A program made the translations under genes and the position numbers. A stretch of DNA of 64,000 bases from Pirellula sp. (GTDB taxonomy: Bacteria; Planctomycetota; Planctomycetia; Pirellulales; Pirellulaceae): NCBI GenBank assembly GCA_021736575.1, contig JAIPFP010000002.1, forward strand, positions 6,433 through 70,432. The letters are read 5' to 3'. The notes under the pieces were generated by a model. That model was not told the origin of the DNA, made no database searches, and saw only the letters and a list, made by a program, of their open reading frames with translations. Shown here one piece after another: positions 47,224 through 57,097 of this stretch (the stretch's first letter is position 1; the number at the start of each line of letters is the position of its first letter).

Positions 47224-47550
47224 ATGTGGCCAACGATTGCCCTGATTGGGTTGATGTTATTCCTGCTTGCGCTGGTTTACCTTTGGAAGGAAACTCCATC
47301 TACTCCTTGGGTTACGTACGAAAAGCTTCTGGAGTTTTTTGAAAAACACGATTTGCCCAGATGGCTTTTGCTTCCTTTGGTCGTTGTGAGTTTCGCTTTC
47401 CGGCCCCAAGGCAAAACATTTCTCCTCAGTTCCTTGGGGTTTGCGGGGTTCGGGGCAATTGCAGCCATTTGGGGAAGCGGCATTTTGGATTTCTTCCTCG
47501 ACCTGATCCGTTTTTTCTTCGGTCAGCCGTCTGGAAAGAGTAGTTCTTAG
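47224..47550 (+). CDS. Small hypothetical membrane protein
   Basis: The track ORF 47101..47550 starts at TTG. The first ATG (47224) gives 108 aa with three hydrophobic segments (WPTIALIGLMLFLLALVYLW, WLLLPLVVVSFAF, LSSLGFAGFGAIAAIWGSGILDFFL). Weak support. Confidence 0.35.
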   Translation: MWPTIALIGLMLFLLALVYLWKETPSTPWVTYEKLLEFFEKHDLPRWLLLPLVVVSFAFRPQGKTFLLSSLGFAGFGAIAAIWGSGILDFFLDLIRFFFGQPSGKSSS

Positions 47551-47659
47551 TTCTTAGTTCTTAACGGATCGGGACATTGGTCCCAATCTACCTTTGGTAG
47601 TTTCCAATCTGCCGCTCGCGTTCGTTCTTGGGCAGCAGGCAGTTTTCGATGCCCAGCGA

Positions 47660-49078
47660 CTACGCCCAGATTTCATGGACAACATTTCCATGCACATCGG
47701 TCAATCGAAAGTCGCGACCTGCATAGCGGTATGTCAATCGCTTGTGGTCAATGCCTAAGCCGTACAGAAGTGTTGCATGCAAATCATGCATATGGACCGG
47801 CTTTTCGACAGGTCGAAATCCAAAGTCGTCTGTTGCGCCGTACGTCAAACCGCCTCGGACTCCGCCACCCGCCATCCACATCGTGAACGCTTGAGGATGA
47901 TGGTTGCGTCCATCCTTGTTTTCTGCCGTCGGGGTTCGACCAAACTCTGCCCCCCAAAGGACAAGCGTATCTTCGAGCAACCCGCGTCTTGCTAGATCTT
48001 CGAGCAAGCCTGCAATGGGTCGATCGACTTTGGCGGACTCTGCAACGATACCGCTCTTCAACTGTTTGTGGTGATCCCAGGTGTAGTCGGTGGAAACTTG
48101 GATGTATCGCACACCCGATTCCGCCAATTTTCGAGCCAGCAAACATTGCCGCCCAAAATTGTCCGTGGGTGTACTGCCGATTCCGTACAAATCTTTCGTC
48201 TCTTGTGTCTCGTCATCGATATTCATCACGGTTGGAATACTGGATTGCATCCTAAATGCAAGCTCATAATTGGCGATAAGACCTTCGATTCCTTGGTCGG
48301 AGTTTGCGCTTTTCAAATGATCTCTGTTCAACATCTGAATAAGATCCAACTGCTCGCGTTGCAATCGACTATCGATTCTCGCGTTACCTAGGTTCGAAAC
48401 CCGAGCCTTGGCTACAGGCAGCTCGGCAGATCCAATGGCTGTACCCTGATGGCTAGCAGGCAAAAATGCGTTGCCGTAGTTTTGGACCCCTCCATGCCCA
48501 CGCGGCGGGGAAATCGTGACGAAAGCTGGCAAGTTCTCGTTTTCGGATCCCAATCCGTAACTGACCCACGCCCCAACACTGGGACGCACTAAATTCGCTT
48601 GCCCTGTATGCAATCGCAAAAGGGCTTCTCCATGGTCGCTCCCCTCAGTATGCATGGATCGAATCACGCAAATCTTGTCCGCATGCCTAGCGAGATTGGG
48701 TAGCAGCTCGCTAATCCATACGCCGCTTTCGCCATGCTGCGAAAATTGAAATGGGGACGCGAGCAGAGTGCCTAATTCACTTTTGTTGCTTCCTACCGAC
48801 TGAGGAGAAAGTGCTTTGCCGTCCTCCTTAATGAGTTGCGGCTTTGGATCGAATAGATCGACATGACTTGGACCGCCCCACATGAACAGGAAGATGATCC
48901 GTTTGGCCTTAGGACGAAAGTGCGGCAACATGGGGGCGAGCCGATTGGTATCCTCGGTTGCGAGGACCGACGAGTGATTTGCCAGGAGACCACTCATGGC
49001 GAGGTATCCAAAACCACAGGCGCTGGACTTGAGCAACGCTCGTCGCGTGGATTGCGGTTCAAATTGGAAACAGGCCAT
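47660..49078 (-). CDS. DUF1501 domain-containing protein (sulfatase-fold family, Tat-type signal)
   Basis: 472 aa. STRRALLKSSACGFG, RIIFLFMWGGPSHVDLFDPKP and KDGRNHHP motifs. It starts 9 nt after the stop of the upstream gene. Confidence 0.85.
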   Translation of the reverse strand: MACFQFEPQSTRRALLKSSACGFGYLAMSGLLANHSSVLATEDTNRLAPMLPHFRPKAKRIIFLFMWGGPSHVDLFDPKPQLIKEDGKALSPQSVGSNKSELGTLLASPFQFSQHGESGVWISELLPNLARHADKICVIRSMHTEGSDHGEALLRLHTGQANLVRPSVGAWVSYGLGSENENLPAFVTISPPRGHGGVQNYGNAFLPASHQGTAIGSAELPVAKARVSNLGNARIDSRLQREQLDLIQMLNRDHLKSANSDQGIEGLIANYELAFRMQSSIPTVMNIDDETQETKDLYGIGSTPTDNFGRQCLLARKLAESGVRYIQVSTDYTWDHHKQLKSGIVAESAKVDRPIAGLLEDLARRGLLEDTLVLWGAEFGRTPTAENKDGRNHHPQAFTMWMAGGGVRGGLTYGATDDFGFRPVEKPVHMHDLHATLLYGLGIDHKRLTYRYAGRDFRLTDVHGNVVHEIWA

Positions 49079-49087
49079 ACTTGAAAC

Positions 49088-51625
49088 TCACTCCAGGAAT
49101 TGAAACCGACTCGAAGCGAACAAGGCATGACAAACGATTGCCAATGCTCTTAGCTCAGGCTCTTCCACTTTTTCCGAAATCAAACGCGTCTCGGTTTGGA
49201 TCAAAAAGGCTTGAAGCGCCTTCTGCTCATCCTCGTTTGCGTTCTTATTCAAAATCCATTCGAACATGCGATCGACTCTTGCCCGATTATCCTTAGAGTC
49301 GATTTCCCTGGTAATTCGTCGGGCCGTCAAGTTCGCTGTCTCCATCACCATTTCATCATTGAGCAGAAACAGCGACTGCGTTGGAACGATTGTGTTGGTC
49401 CGCGCCCCAGTGGTTTCATGCGGGTTTGCGAAATCGAAGACACTGAACAGCTCTGGCAAGTCATTTCGGATAACCGGCAAGTATACGCTGCGGCAAGGAA
49501 AATCGATCCGCCGTCGAACCTTGTTTTCACCTACTGCGGTTGCTTGATCGCCTAAGTAATAAACCGACGACTCCATAGGCCTCAAGTCGAGTTGATTTGC
49601 GGCAGACAACATGGCGTCGCGGAGAGACTCCGGATCCAATCGTCGACGGTGAGATCTCCAGTACGATCGGTTGTCGGGGTCGATGGCGGCGTTGGCTGTA
49701 TCGTACCTACTGCTGAGCGCAAAGGTTCGGCTCAAAACGATTTCACGCACCAAGGCTTTGACAGACCAGCCCGATTCGATAAAAAAGCTTGCCAAGTGAT
49801 CCAGCAATTCCGGATGGGTTGGTTGTTCGCCCGTTCGGCCAAAGTTATCGACGGTTCGCACAAGGCCAACTCCCATCAGATGGTGCCAAATACGATTGGC
49901 TTGAACACGCGCGACCAATTGACCCGCTCGATTCTTCGGATCGACCAACCATTGGCTCAGCTCCATGCGACCGCTTTGCTTGACTGGCATCGCGATTCGT
50001 TCGTCGTCGACGAGCACCTTTAAGAATCCTCGCGGGACTTGCTCACCCAACCGATCAAACTGCCCGGCCAATCGAATGTGTTCATCGGCTGGCTGTTCTA
50101 CATCTTCTGGAATCATAGCGCGAGGCGGGATCTTGGGCGGATTGGAAATTGCGGCCGTCAAACCTCGAATCAATTCTTCTTGGGCAACGATTCGAGCTTC
50201 GTTTGGTTTTCCAATCTCCTTCGCCCCTTCGGCGATCGCGTTAGGCTTTTTATCAAGAAGAACGGCGAAAGCATCCGCGTTGTTTTCTTTCATCGCTTGC
50301 AGCGCCGATTCCGCATCCTTCTTTTGTTCTTTCAATTTCGGTTGTGTGCGCCAGTACACTTCGTACGCATCATCGGACTCCTTGCCGTCAGGCCCTAGTC
50401 CGATGAGCCGCTCCATTACACGCTGCTCCCCGAGCATATAACGGGACTTCATCACGCTTGTCGACGCAAATATTCCCGCCATCGAGTAATAGTCGGCGGT
50501 TGGAATGGGATCGAACTTGTGGTCGTGACAACGGGCGCAGCCCAGGGTTTGACCGAGAAGCGCCTTTCCGATCGTGTCGAGCTGCTCGTCTGCAACCTCC
50601 ATACGCTGATTGATGGCGTTGTTTCCCAAGAGCACCTTGGGACCAATCACCAGGAATCCGGCCGCAATACGCTGCTGATCGCGTTGATCGACCGAATCAA
50701 AAGGGAGCAGATCGCCAGCAAGTTGCTCAATGACAAACCGATCAAACGGCAGATCTGTGTTGAGTGCATCGATGACCCAATTGCGATATCGCCACGCTTC
50801 ACGGAATAGAAAGTTCTCGTCGAGTCCATTCGAATCGGAGTACCTAGCAAGATCGAGCCAATGCCGCCCCCAGCGTTTTCCAAATTCAGGTGATGCGAGC
50901 AAACGATCGACCAATCTCGAAATCGCTTGAGATGGTTCGTCAGAAATAAATTCGTTGATTTCTTGCTGGGTAGGCGGGAGACCGATGAGCTGAAAGAAAA
51001 TGCGTCTCGCGAGATCCACAGAGTCCGCGTCCGATACCGGGTGCAGCCCCTTGCTTTCAAGTTGAGCGACGACATACCGATCAACGCTGGATCGTGACCA
51101 TTCGGATTTGTCGCTCGCAAGCGGATCGTGACTTAGCGGCTGAAAAGCCCAATGACTCTTGCCTGCAATGGGATCCGACGCTTCGACCATCGAAATCGCG
51201 GCGTCGTCACTTGGCCCTGGCGCTCCGATCCGAACCCAATGCTCAAGCTTTGCAATGTCTTCCGCCGCAAGCGGTGCGGTCGGCGGCATCTGCAGGTCCG
51301 GATCGTTGTATCGGACAGCGCGGAGTAACGAACTGGATTCAGGCGCCACCGTCATCACGCTTGGCCCGTTCTGACCGCTTTTCATCCAACCATCTCGCGA
51401 ATCAAGCAGCAGTTCTGCTTGTAGATCTTTGGCACGCTTGGAATGGCATTGATAGCAATGTCGAGCGAGCAACGGACGGATGTTCGTCTCGTAAAAGGCG
51501 ACGCCAACGTCGCTCGACTCGTCCTCGGCTAGAGCGACTGGAAGCCATACCTGGGTCGCGCTCACGAGCAAAAGGAGGAAAAGGAGGAATCGAATGGTGA
51601 AAATCTGGATCGATCGCACGGTCAC
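49088..51625 (-). CDS. Planctomycete cytochrome c (PSCyt1) + DUF1549 (PSCyt2) + DUF1553 (PSD1) protein
   Basis: 845 aa. Signal peptide, heme-binding CYQCH (about 51445-51459), DUF1549-like VDRYVVAQLESKGLHPVSDADSVDLARRIFFQLIGLPPT, and CARCHDHKFDPIPTADYYSMAGIF (about 50500-50560). Confidence 0.85.
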   Translation of the reverse strand: MTVRSIQIFTIRFLLFLLLLVSATQVWLPVALAEDESSDVGVAFYETNIRPLLARHCYQCHSKRAKDLQAELLLDSRDGWMKSGQNGPSVMTVAPESSSLLRAVRYNDPDLQMPPTAPLAAEDIAKLEHWVRIGAPGPSDDAAISMVEASDPIAGKSHWAFQPLSHDPLASDKSEWSRSSVDRYVVAQLESKGLHPVSDADSVDLARRIFFQLIGLPPTQQEINEFISDEPSQAISRLVDRLLASPEFGKRWGRHWLDLARYSDSNGLDENFLFREAWRYRNWVIDALNTDLPFDRFVIEQLAGDLLPFDSVDQRDQQRIAAGFLVIGPKVLLGNNAINQRMEVADEQLDTIGKALLGQTLGCARCHDHKFDPIPTADYYSMAGIFASTSVMKSRYMLGEQRVMERLIGLGPDGKESDDAYEVYWRTQPKLKEQKKDAESALQAMKENNADAFAVLLDKKPNAIAEGAKEIGKPNEARIVAQEELIRGLTAAISNPPKIPPRAMIPEDVEQPADEHIRLAGQFDRLGEQVPRGFLKVLVDDERIAMPVKQSGRMELSQWLVDPKNRAGQLVARVQANRIWHHLMGVGLVRTVDNFGRTGEQPTHPELLDHLASFFIESGWSVKALVREIVLSRTFALSSRYDTANAAIDPDNRSYWRSHRRRLDPESLRDAMLSAANQLDLRPMESSVYYLGDQATAVGENKVRRRIDFPCRSVYLPVIRNDLPELFSVFDFANPHETTGARTNTIVPTQSLFLLNDEMVMETANLTARRITREIDSKDNRARVDRMFEWILNKNANEDEQKALQAFLIQTETRLISEKVEEPELRALAIVCHALFASSRFQFLE

Positions 51626-51883
51626 AAGCCGGGTGGTAGAGATAACGGATGGGAAAGCTTCACTTATGGCCCTATCGTATCCGCATAACTCTCAAAATGC
51701 AGCTTGAGACCGACAGAAAAATCGTATTCACTTTCGGTTCGAACCCTTGTTATCGCGGAGCAGCCCGGGCCGCCAGTCGCCGGTAGTAGGTCCCTTTTCG
51801 ATCTTGATTATCTTGCACACCTTTGCTAATCAACAGGTTGACGCCGAATCCCGCTTCTACCCTCGAGCCATCGACTTCCGCGG

Positions 51884-53242
51884 ATGCCCTCTAAACCATG
51901 GAGAAAACGAATCCGAATCCATGAATCGACACAGCGCGAGTTGTGCCGAGTCATTTTCCTTGTTCTTGCGTTGATTCCACTTGTTTTTGTCGCTTGCTAT
52001 AGCTTCGTTCGAATCACGCCATGGTATCAAAGCTATCAAAAGGAACTCTGGCAACAGAGGATTAGCGACAATTTAGGTGTTAACGTTCGTTTTTCATCGA
52101 TCGAGTTTCCAAGTCCCGAACGCTTCCGAGCGCACAATTTTGTTTGTTTGCATCCAGAAACGGGCAAACAGATTTTGAAGGTGGACAAAATCAATGCGGC
52201 CATGGATCGCTCGGGGTGGACGGTGGATCTTGTCTCCCCAGAGCTAAATGGGCCGCAGATTCAAAGCGCAATGCAGGTGATCCACGATTGGTTTCTTTGC
52301 CGCCCGCAGAAGTCGGCAAGCCTACTCAGGTTGTCGGTACCGGAAATGCTCGTTTTCGATGGGGTGGAAAACACAAAATTTCAAAATGTTGAGGTTGGGC
52401 TTCAGCCGACCGAAACAGCCTCCAGTCTCTATCTCAAATTCTCAATTGCTGGTCAGAACTTCTCGGAATCCAGCACTCTCGTCATCAAGCGACACCACGC
52501 ATTGGCTTGCCCAACGACCCATTTGGAACTTATCTCGAACGATATCTCAATCCCCTGCCGACTATTGGCAAAGCGATTTCCAACTCTTCACGAGTTAGGC
52601 AATGATGCTGGTTTTCGCGGCACAATGGCTTGGACACAAAATGACCAAAACTGGGACGCAAACATCACTGGCGTCTTCGAATCCGTTGACTTGGGAATTG
52701 TGACCGCCCCAATTGGTTCTCCGATCCGTGGAATCGCAAATCTGCTCATCGACCAAGCATTGATTGCAGACGACCGGTTGCTCGTCGCCAAAGGTTCGCT
52801 CGATTTAAGCGGTACCAATGGAACTGCGGAAACAGAATGGGTACATCGAACGAGAGATGCCTTTCGTTTGCATGCCCAGGAGAGTCTTTGGAAATTGGAA
52901 AACAAAACCGCCCGCATCGACCGCTTGGCCATTCAATTCGAACTTGCCCCCAACGGACTCAAGTTAGAGGGGAAAATACGACCTGCGGATCCTGGTTGGC
53001 CGAACAACATCGCCATGATCGTCGACAAAAGTGCGATTATTGGGAGCAGCACCCGCATACCGCTCAAAACCGTCTCCGACTGGCTGCTATCTACTTCGGA
53101 GAGAATCAAGTTGCCCAGCGGAGACGAATCGCAGATTTCCGCGCAAAACTCGGAGATGGGTCGGTACTTGGCGCGTCATCTGCCATGGCCCAGGAATAAT
53201 GCGACCGCACTCGCACCGTTCATCGCTAACGATCAACGGTAA
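51884..53242 (+). CDS. Hypothetical N-terminally membrane-anchored protein
   Basis: 452-aa ORF starting at ATG. TM segment VIFLVLALIPLVFVACYSFV. No family recognised. Confidence 0.6.
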   Translation: MPSKPWRKRIRIHESTQRELCRVIFLVLALIPLVFVACYSFVRITPWYQSYQKELWQQRISDNLGVNVRFSSIEFPSPERFRAHNFVCLHPETGKQILKVDKINAAMDRSGWTVDLVSPELNGPQIQSAMQVIHDWFLCRPQKSASLLRLSVPEMLVFDGVENTKFQNVEVGLQPTETASSLYLKFSIAGQNFSESSTLVIKRHHALACPTTHLELISNDISIPCRLLAKRFPTLHELGNDAGFRGTMAWTQNDQNWDANITGVFESVDLGIVTAPIGSPIRGIANLLIDQALIADDRLLVAKGSLDLSGTNGTAETEWVHRTRDAFRLHAQESLWKLENKTARIDRLAIQFELAPNGLKLEGKIRPADPGWPNNIAMIVDKSAIIGSSTRIPLKTVSDWLLSTSERIKLPSGDESQISAQNSEMGRYLARHLPWPRNNATALAPFIANDQR

Positions 53243-53581
53243 TGAACTGTCACGCCATGTCGCCTTTTGTGCCGCCTTATGCTCAGCAAAAGGTGCGATT
53301 CCCCACGCAACTTTCGCGGACAGTCTGTGACGGCATCGCACGGCAGAACTGCTTCTTGAGAAAGTCAATTATCTTTGCTGGAAGATTTTTGGAGGTCTCG
53401 GTCGTCGAATCCGGCAAATTCGAATCATTTGACCTAAAAATGGTCTTAGTTAGCCTTGTAGTTTGGGAATCGGCACTTCGACCTAGTTAAGATTGAGGGA
53501 GGCACCCCAAACAATGCGTTCGGGGATAGCTCCACCGCTGAGGCACCCATTCTTAGATTTTTCCACTTTTGACGTTCCGAC

Positions 53582-55858
53582 ATGATTACTGCGATTCGGA
53601 CTTTTGCGAAGTTATTGCTGTTGCTGCCGGTTTGGGCGGACCCTTTATTGCCGCTTGCGTTTGGACAAGATCCGTTTGAAGTGAACGGGGCTGTCGGAAA
53701 TCAAGAAAGCGATGACGTTTTAACAGCCAAGACAACCGCAAATTCCGGCGACCAAGGCTTATTGGATAGCCAAGGGCTCAACCCAAACGAGCGCAGTGCC
53801 GTTGTTCGTTCGATACGGTCATCCATGCCAAGTACGGCAACGGAGCTTGCCCGCGCCATTCAGTTGATGACGAAAATTCGCCGATGGGATGAAGTTCAAC
53901 ATTGGTTGGACGAAGTCGTTCGATTGGGAATCGACGAGACCAAAGCAACTCAAATGGTTCAAACGGCGGGAACACAAACGTTTCTTAATCTGATGCAAGC
54001 GGATGTTGAAATATCTGCATCGCATCGAGCGAGTGTGAAACGAATTCTTGACTTGGCCAACGCCTCCGCGGTGGATCCCAAAAGGCTTCGGGCCAACGTC
54101 TTATTGTTGCAAAGCCCAAACAAATCGGATCGCATTCGAGCGTTTCGCACGTTGCAGTCGGCGGGCAATCGAGGCATTGCTGCACTCATCGACCATCAAC
54201 TTTCCGAACAAGCTTCTGCACCGAACGCGACGATGTCCGAAGCATTCTCATTGATGGGGAAATCTGCGTTGTCCGCTTGGCAGGCAGCTATGGTGACGCC
54301 ACATGAGGATGCTCGCGGGCGACTGGCATTGCTCGCAGCGCGTTTGGGGGAGCCATCCCTATCGATTCAGTTATGCTCCGCTGCCAACGATGTGCAAATG
54401 GACAATCAAATCAAGGACGAACTCAATCGTGTGGCTGCGGAACGCAATAAGTCGATTCCTTCAGGCTCAGTGATTCAACGATACGCTTTGGATCAAATGC
54501 AAAAGTCCCTAGACGAATTTCAGCGTTCGCGGTGGACCGATGACGCGGATGCGTTCACGACTTGGCGGTTAGCTCCCAATGGTCGATCCGTCCTTGAAAG
54601 ACCGGCTCGCGTCGCCGATTTGGCTTGGAACCGCGCGGTTCAACTGGCCCACTCCGCCTTGCGTTTAAGCGATTCTGCGGATATTGATTCGGCTCTTGCG
54701 ATGGCGGTTGTTCTTGAGGACACTGCCCGGCAATCGCCAGGTACCGCGAGTTTCGAAGATGTCGCTTCCATTTTGCCGATGGTGATAAAAGATAGCTTTG
54801 AATTCGGTGTTTTGGTTTGGGACGCTTCAGAAAAAGCCGAGCTTTCTTCCGCTCAGTTGCATGCGGTTCGAAATCTCTCGCGTTGGGTCCAGCCGAATGC
54901 GATGCCCAATCCGGTGCGCGATCGCCTTGCGCAAGCCCTTAGTTCAGGCTACGCTGCGGTGCGTTATGAAGCGGCGGAATCGCTTGTTCGCGCAATGGTG
55001 GTAGATCAAGAGGAAGGTTCCACAAAACTTGTCGACTTCGCTTTCGATGGCCGTAATCGTTTGGAGAGAATTCTCGCCGAGATGAGGGGCCTTGAAGGTC
55101 GACCGTTGGCCTTGATCGTCGGCGGGAGCACGGACTTGAGAGCACATACGAAGGGGCTTTTGGACGCTTTTTCATTTCGCGTGACCGAGGCGGCTTCCGC
55201 AACGCAGACGATGTCATTGTTGCGGGAAGGCTTGCCTATCGAGTCCATTTTTATTGTCGAGCGCGTCCTTGAGATGGACCTGGGTCAGCTTGTTCAACGC
55301 ATTCGTGCGAACCCGGCCACCGCACGGTGTCCAATCGCGATTCTTGCTGCTTCCTTGAGCAGGGGTGAGCATTCCGTTGCAGCTGCGGACCCTCGGGTCG
55401 TATTGGGAAGCATACCGCCCGACGAAGCCGGCTTTGCGGATATTTTGCGCCGAATGAACATCGTGACTCAATCCCCGAAATTGGAATCGGCTAATCGAAT
55501 TGCATGGAACGAGATATCGTGGTCCTATTGGAACGACCGTCAAGGACAGTTCATTTCGACCCAGCCCAAGTTAAGTTTTGAAACGGTTGTGGAGAGCCCG
55601 GCCGGCCAAATGAACCTAATCGCGATTGTGTCAGATAAATCGCAACCTTTGCCTAAACGCGAGCAGGCAAGCCAAATTTTTGTGCAATCGGTTAAGCGAT
55701 TTGGGCTTTTGATATCTACCGAGACCGCAAACGCTCAGTACGATGAGTATAACACGCGTGGACCCGATGAACTGGATCTGCGTGTTGTTCTAGGGCGCGT
55801 CCTGGATGCGATTGAGGCAAGCAAGTCTGCAAAACCTTGGTCTGAGGTAGCGCCTTAG
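53582..55858 (+). CDS. Hypothetical exported 758-aa protein with a possible degenerate receiver-like segment
   Basis: Signal-peptide-like MITAIRTFAKLLLLLPVWADPLLPLAFG. The helical-repeat-like body is an impression only. Residues about 500-600 (RPLALIVGGSTDLR...FRVTEAASATQTMSLLREG..IESIFIVERVLEMDLGQLVQRIRANPATARCPIAILAAS) have a beta-alpha pattern like a CheY-type receiver but lack the acidic pocket and the phospho-Asp. Confidence 0.65.
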   Translation: MITAIRTFAKLLLLLPVWADPLLPLAFGQDPFEVNGAVGNQESDDVLTAKTTANSGDQGLLDSQGLNPNERSAVVRSIRSSMPSTATELARAIQLMTKIRRWDEVQHWLDEVVRLGIDETKATQMVQTAGTQTFLNLMQADVEISASHRASVKRILDLANASAVDPKRLRANVLLLQSPNKSDRIRAFRTLQSAGNRGIAALIDHQLSEQASAPNATMSEAFSLMGKSALSAWQAAMVTPHEDARGRLALLAARLGEPSLSIQLCSAANDVQMDNQIKDELNRVAAERNKSIPSGSVIQRYALDQMQKSLDEFQRSRWTDDADAFTTWRLAPNGRSVLERPARVADLAWNRAVQLAHSALRLSDSADIDSALAMAVVLEDTARQSPGTASFEDVASILPMVIKDSFEFGVLVWDASEKAELSSAQLHAVRNLSRWVQPNAMPNPVRDRLAQALSSGYAAVRYEAAESLVRAMVVDQEEGSTKLVDFAFDGRNRLERILAEMRGLEGRPLALIVGGSTDLRAHTKGLLDAFSFRVTEAASATQTMSLLREGLPIESIFIVERVLEMDLGQLVQRIRANPATARCPIAILAASLSRGEHSVAAADPRVVLGSIPPDEAGFADILRRMNIVTQSPKLESANRIAWNEISWSYWNDRQGQFISTQPKLSFETVVESPAGQMNLIAIVSDKSQPLPKREQASQIFVQSVKRFGLLISTETANAQYDEYNTRGPDELDLRVVLGRVLDAIEASKSAKPWSEVAP

Positions 55859-55919
55859 GATTCGTCGTGCGTGCGGACGCCGACTCGATTTTTTGGCGTT
55901 TACCACAAGCTGCGGATCA

Positions 55920-57014
55920 ATGACCAGTTACGGACTGGAAAACGAAGGGAACTATCGATTTACCGGTGGTGGAGAATTGCCCGGTGTGATCGGCACCAGC
56001 CCCGCCATGCAGGACATCTACCGCATTACGCGGCGAGTGGCGATGAGCAATGCGTCGGTCCTGCTCCTGGGCGAGACGGGCACGGGCAAAGAAGTGATCG
56101 CAAATGCCATCCATCAATTGAGCAATCGCAACGGTGGCCCCTTTGTCAAAGTCAACTGTGGTGCTTTGAGCGAGAGTTTGCTTGAAAGCGAACTGTTTGG
56201 TCACGTTCGAGGTGCGTTCACAGGTGCCGTAGGCAATCGAGCCGGACGTTTCGAGGCAGCCCACTCGGGCACCATCTTTCTAGACGAAATCAACAGCACG
56301 TCGCTCCATTTGCAAGTCAAACTTTTGCGAGTATTGCAGCAGAAGGAATTTGAACGCGTCGGAGATACCGAGACCGTAACGGTCGATACGCGGGTGATCG
56401 CAGCCAGCAACCGCGACCTTGCGGGCGAGATTGCGCAAGAGAAATTTCGCGAGGATCTCTACTGGCGCCTCAACGTGGTCCCGATCGAGTTGCCGCCTCT
56501 CCGCAAGCGACGCGAGGATGTTCCCGCTCTCATCGCCCATTTCTTGCAACACTACAGCGCACTTAATGATCGCTATGTGGTTCACATTCAGCGAGAAGCC
56601 ATGCAGGCTTTGCAAGACTATCACTGGCCGGGAAACGTGCGAGAACTACAGAACTACATCGAGCGATCCGTGGTCATGGCGGAGTCGGACGAGTTAACAC
56701 TGCAACTATTGCCCGGTTGCGTAACTGGTGCTACCAAGCTATCGTCGCTTTCCGTCGCACGCGCCCTCGATTTTGATTCTTTGGTTGGTGAAGTTGTGCA
56801 AGAAGGAGTTCGAATCTGCGATCCAGAACAGACGGACTTGCACAGCAGAGTGGTTGATAGGGTTGAAAAGGAATTGATTGCCCAAGTTCTCGCGGCTTGC
56901 AATTTCGTCCAGACCAAGGCAGCTACGCGACTGGGTATCAATCGCAACACGCTTCACAAAAAAATGAAGGATTACAACTTGGAGGGGCAGGATTCCGGCG
57001 AATCTGGGTCGTAG
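55920..57014 (+). CDS. Sigma-54-dependent transcriptional activator (AAA+ enhancer-binding protein) with no N-terminal sensory domain
   Basis: Walker A GETGTGKE, GAFTGA loop intact, Walker B GTIFLDEI, C-terminal Fis-type HTH TKAATRLGINRNTLHKKMKDYNL. Only about 23 residues precede the AAA+ core. The track start (TTG 55893) is probably too early; the ATG is at 55920. Confidence 0.88.
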   Translation: MTSYGLENEGNYRFTGGGELPGVIGTSPAMQDIYRITRRVAMSNASVLLLGETGTGKEVIANAIHQLSNRNGGPFVKVNCGALSESLLESELFGHVRGAFTGAVGNRAGRFEAAHSGTIFLDEINSTSLHLQVKLLRVLQQKEFERVGDTETVTVDTRVIAASNRDLAGEIAQEKFREDLYWRLNVVPIELPPLRKRREDVPALIAHFLQHYSALNDRYVVHIQREAMQALQDYHWPGNVRELQNYIERSVVMAESDELTLQLLPGCVTGATKLSSLSVARALDFDSLVGEVVQEGVRICDPEQTDLHSRVVDRVEKELIAQVLAACNFVQTKAATRLGINRNTLHKKMKDYNLEGQDSGESGS

Positions 57015-57097
57015 TTACTTTTGATTTCCAATCCACCGTTCGCCAAAGAGATGGAACACTCTGCCGACAATCGCCCTCAATTTTGACAAGAAACAAA

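Noticed and set aside
47541-47563. tagttct x3 heptamer repeat at the end of the small membrane ORF, placing TAG in all three frames.
   Set aside because: It is short and could arise by chance or slippage. I can support no functional implication beyond ending the ORF.
56897-57097. N-terminal extensions of track ORFs: ribBA from 56897, fba from 60879, SMP-30 from 61966, EBP from 55893, small membrane ORF from 47101.
   Set aside because: The extensions start at alternative codons or overlap the preceding gene. The family-typical N-termini or signal peptides begin at internal ATGs (57098, 60951, 62029, 55920, 47224).
57015-57097. FMN (RFN) riboswitch upstream of ribBA.
   Set aside because: The gap is only 83 bp and I could not recognise the conserved RFN core segments. 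It is too short for the element.
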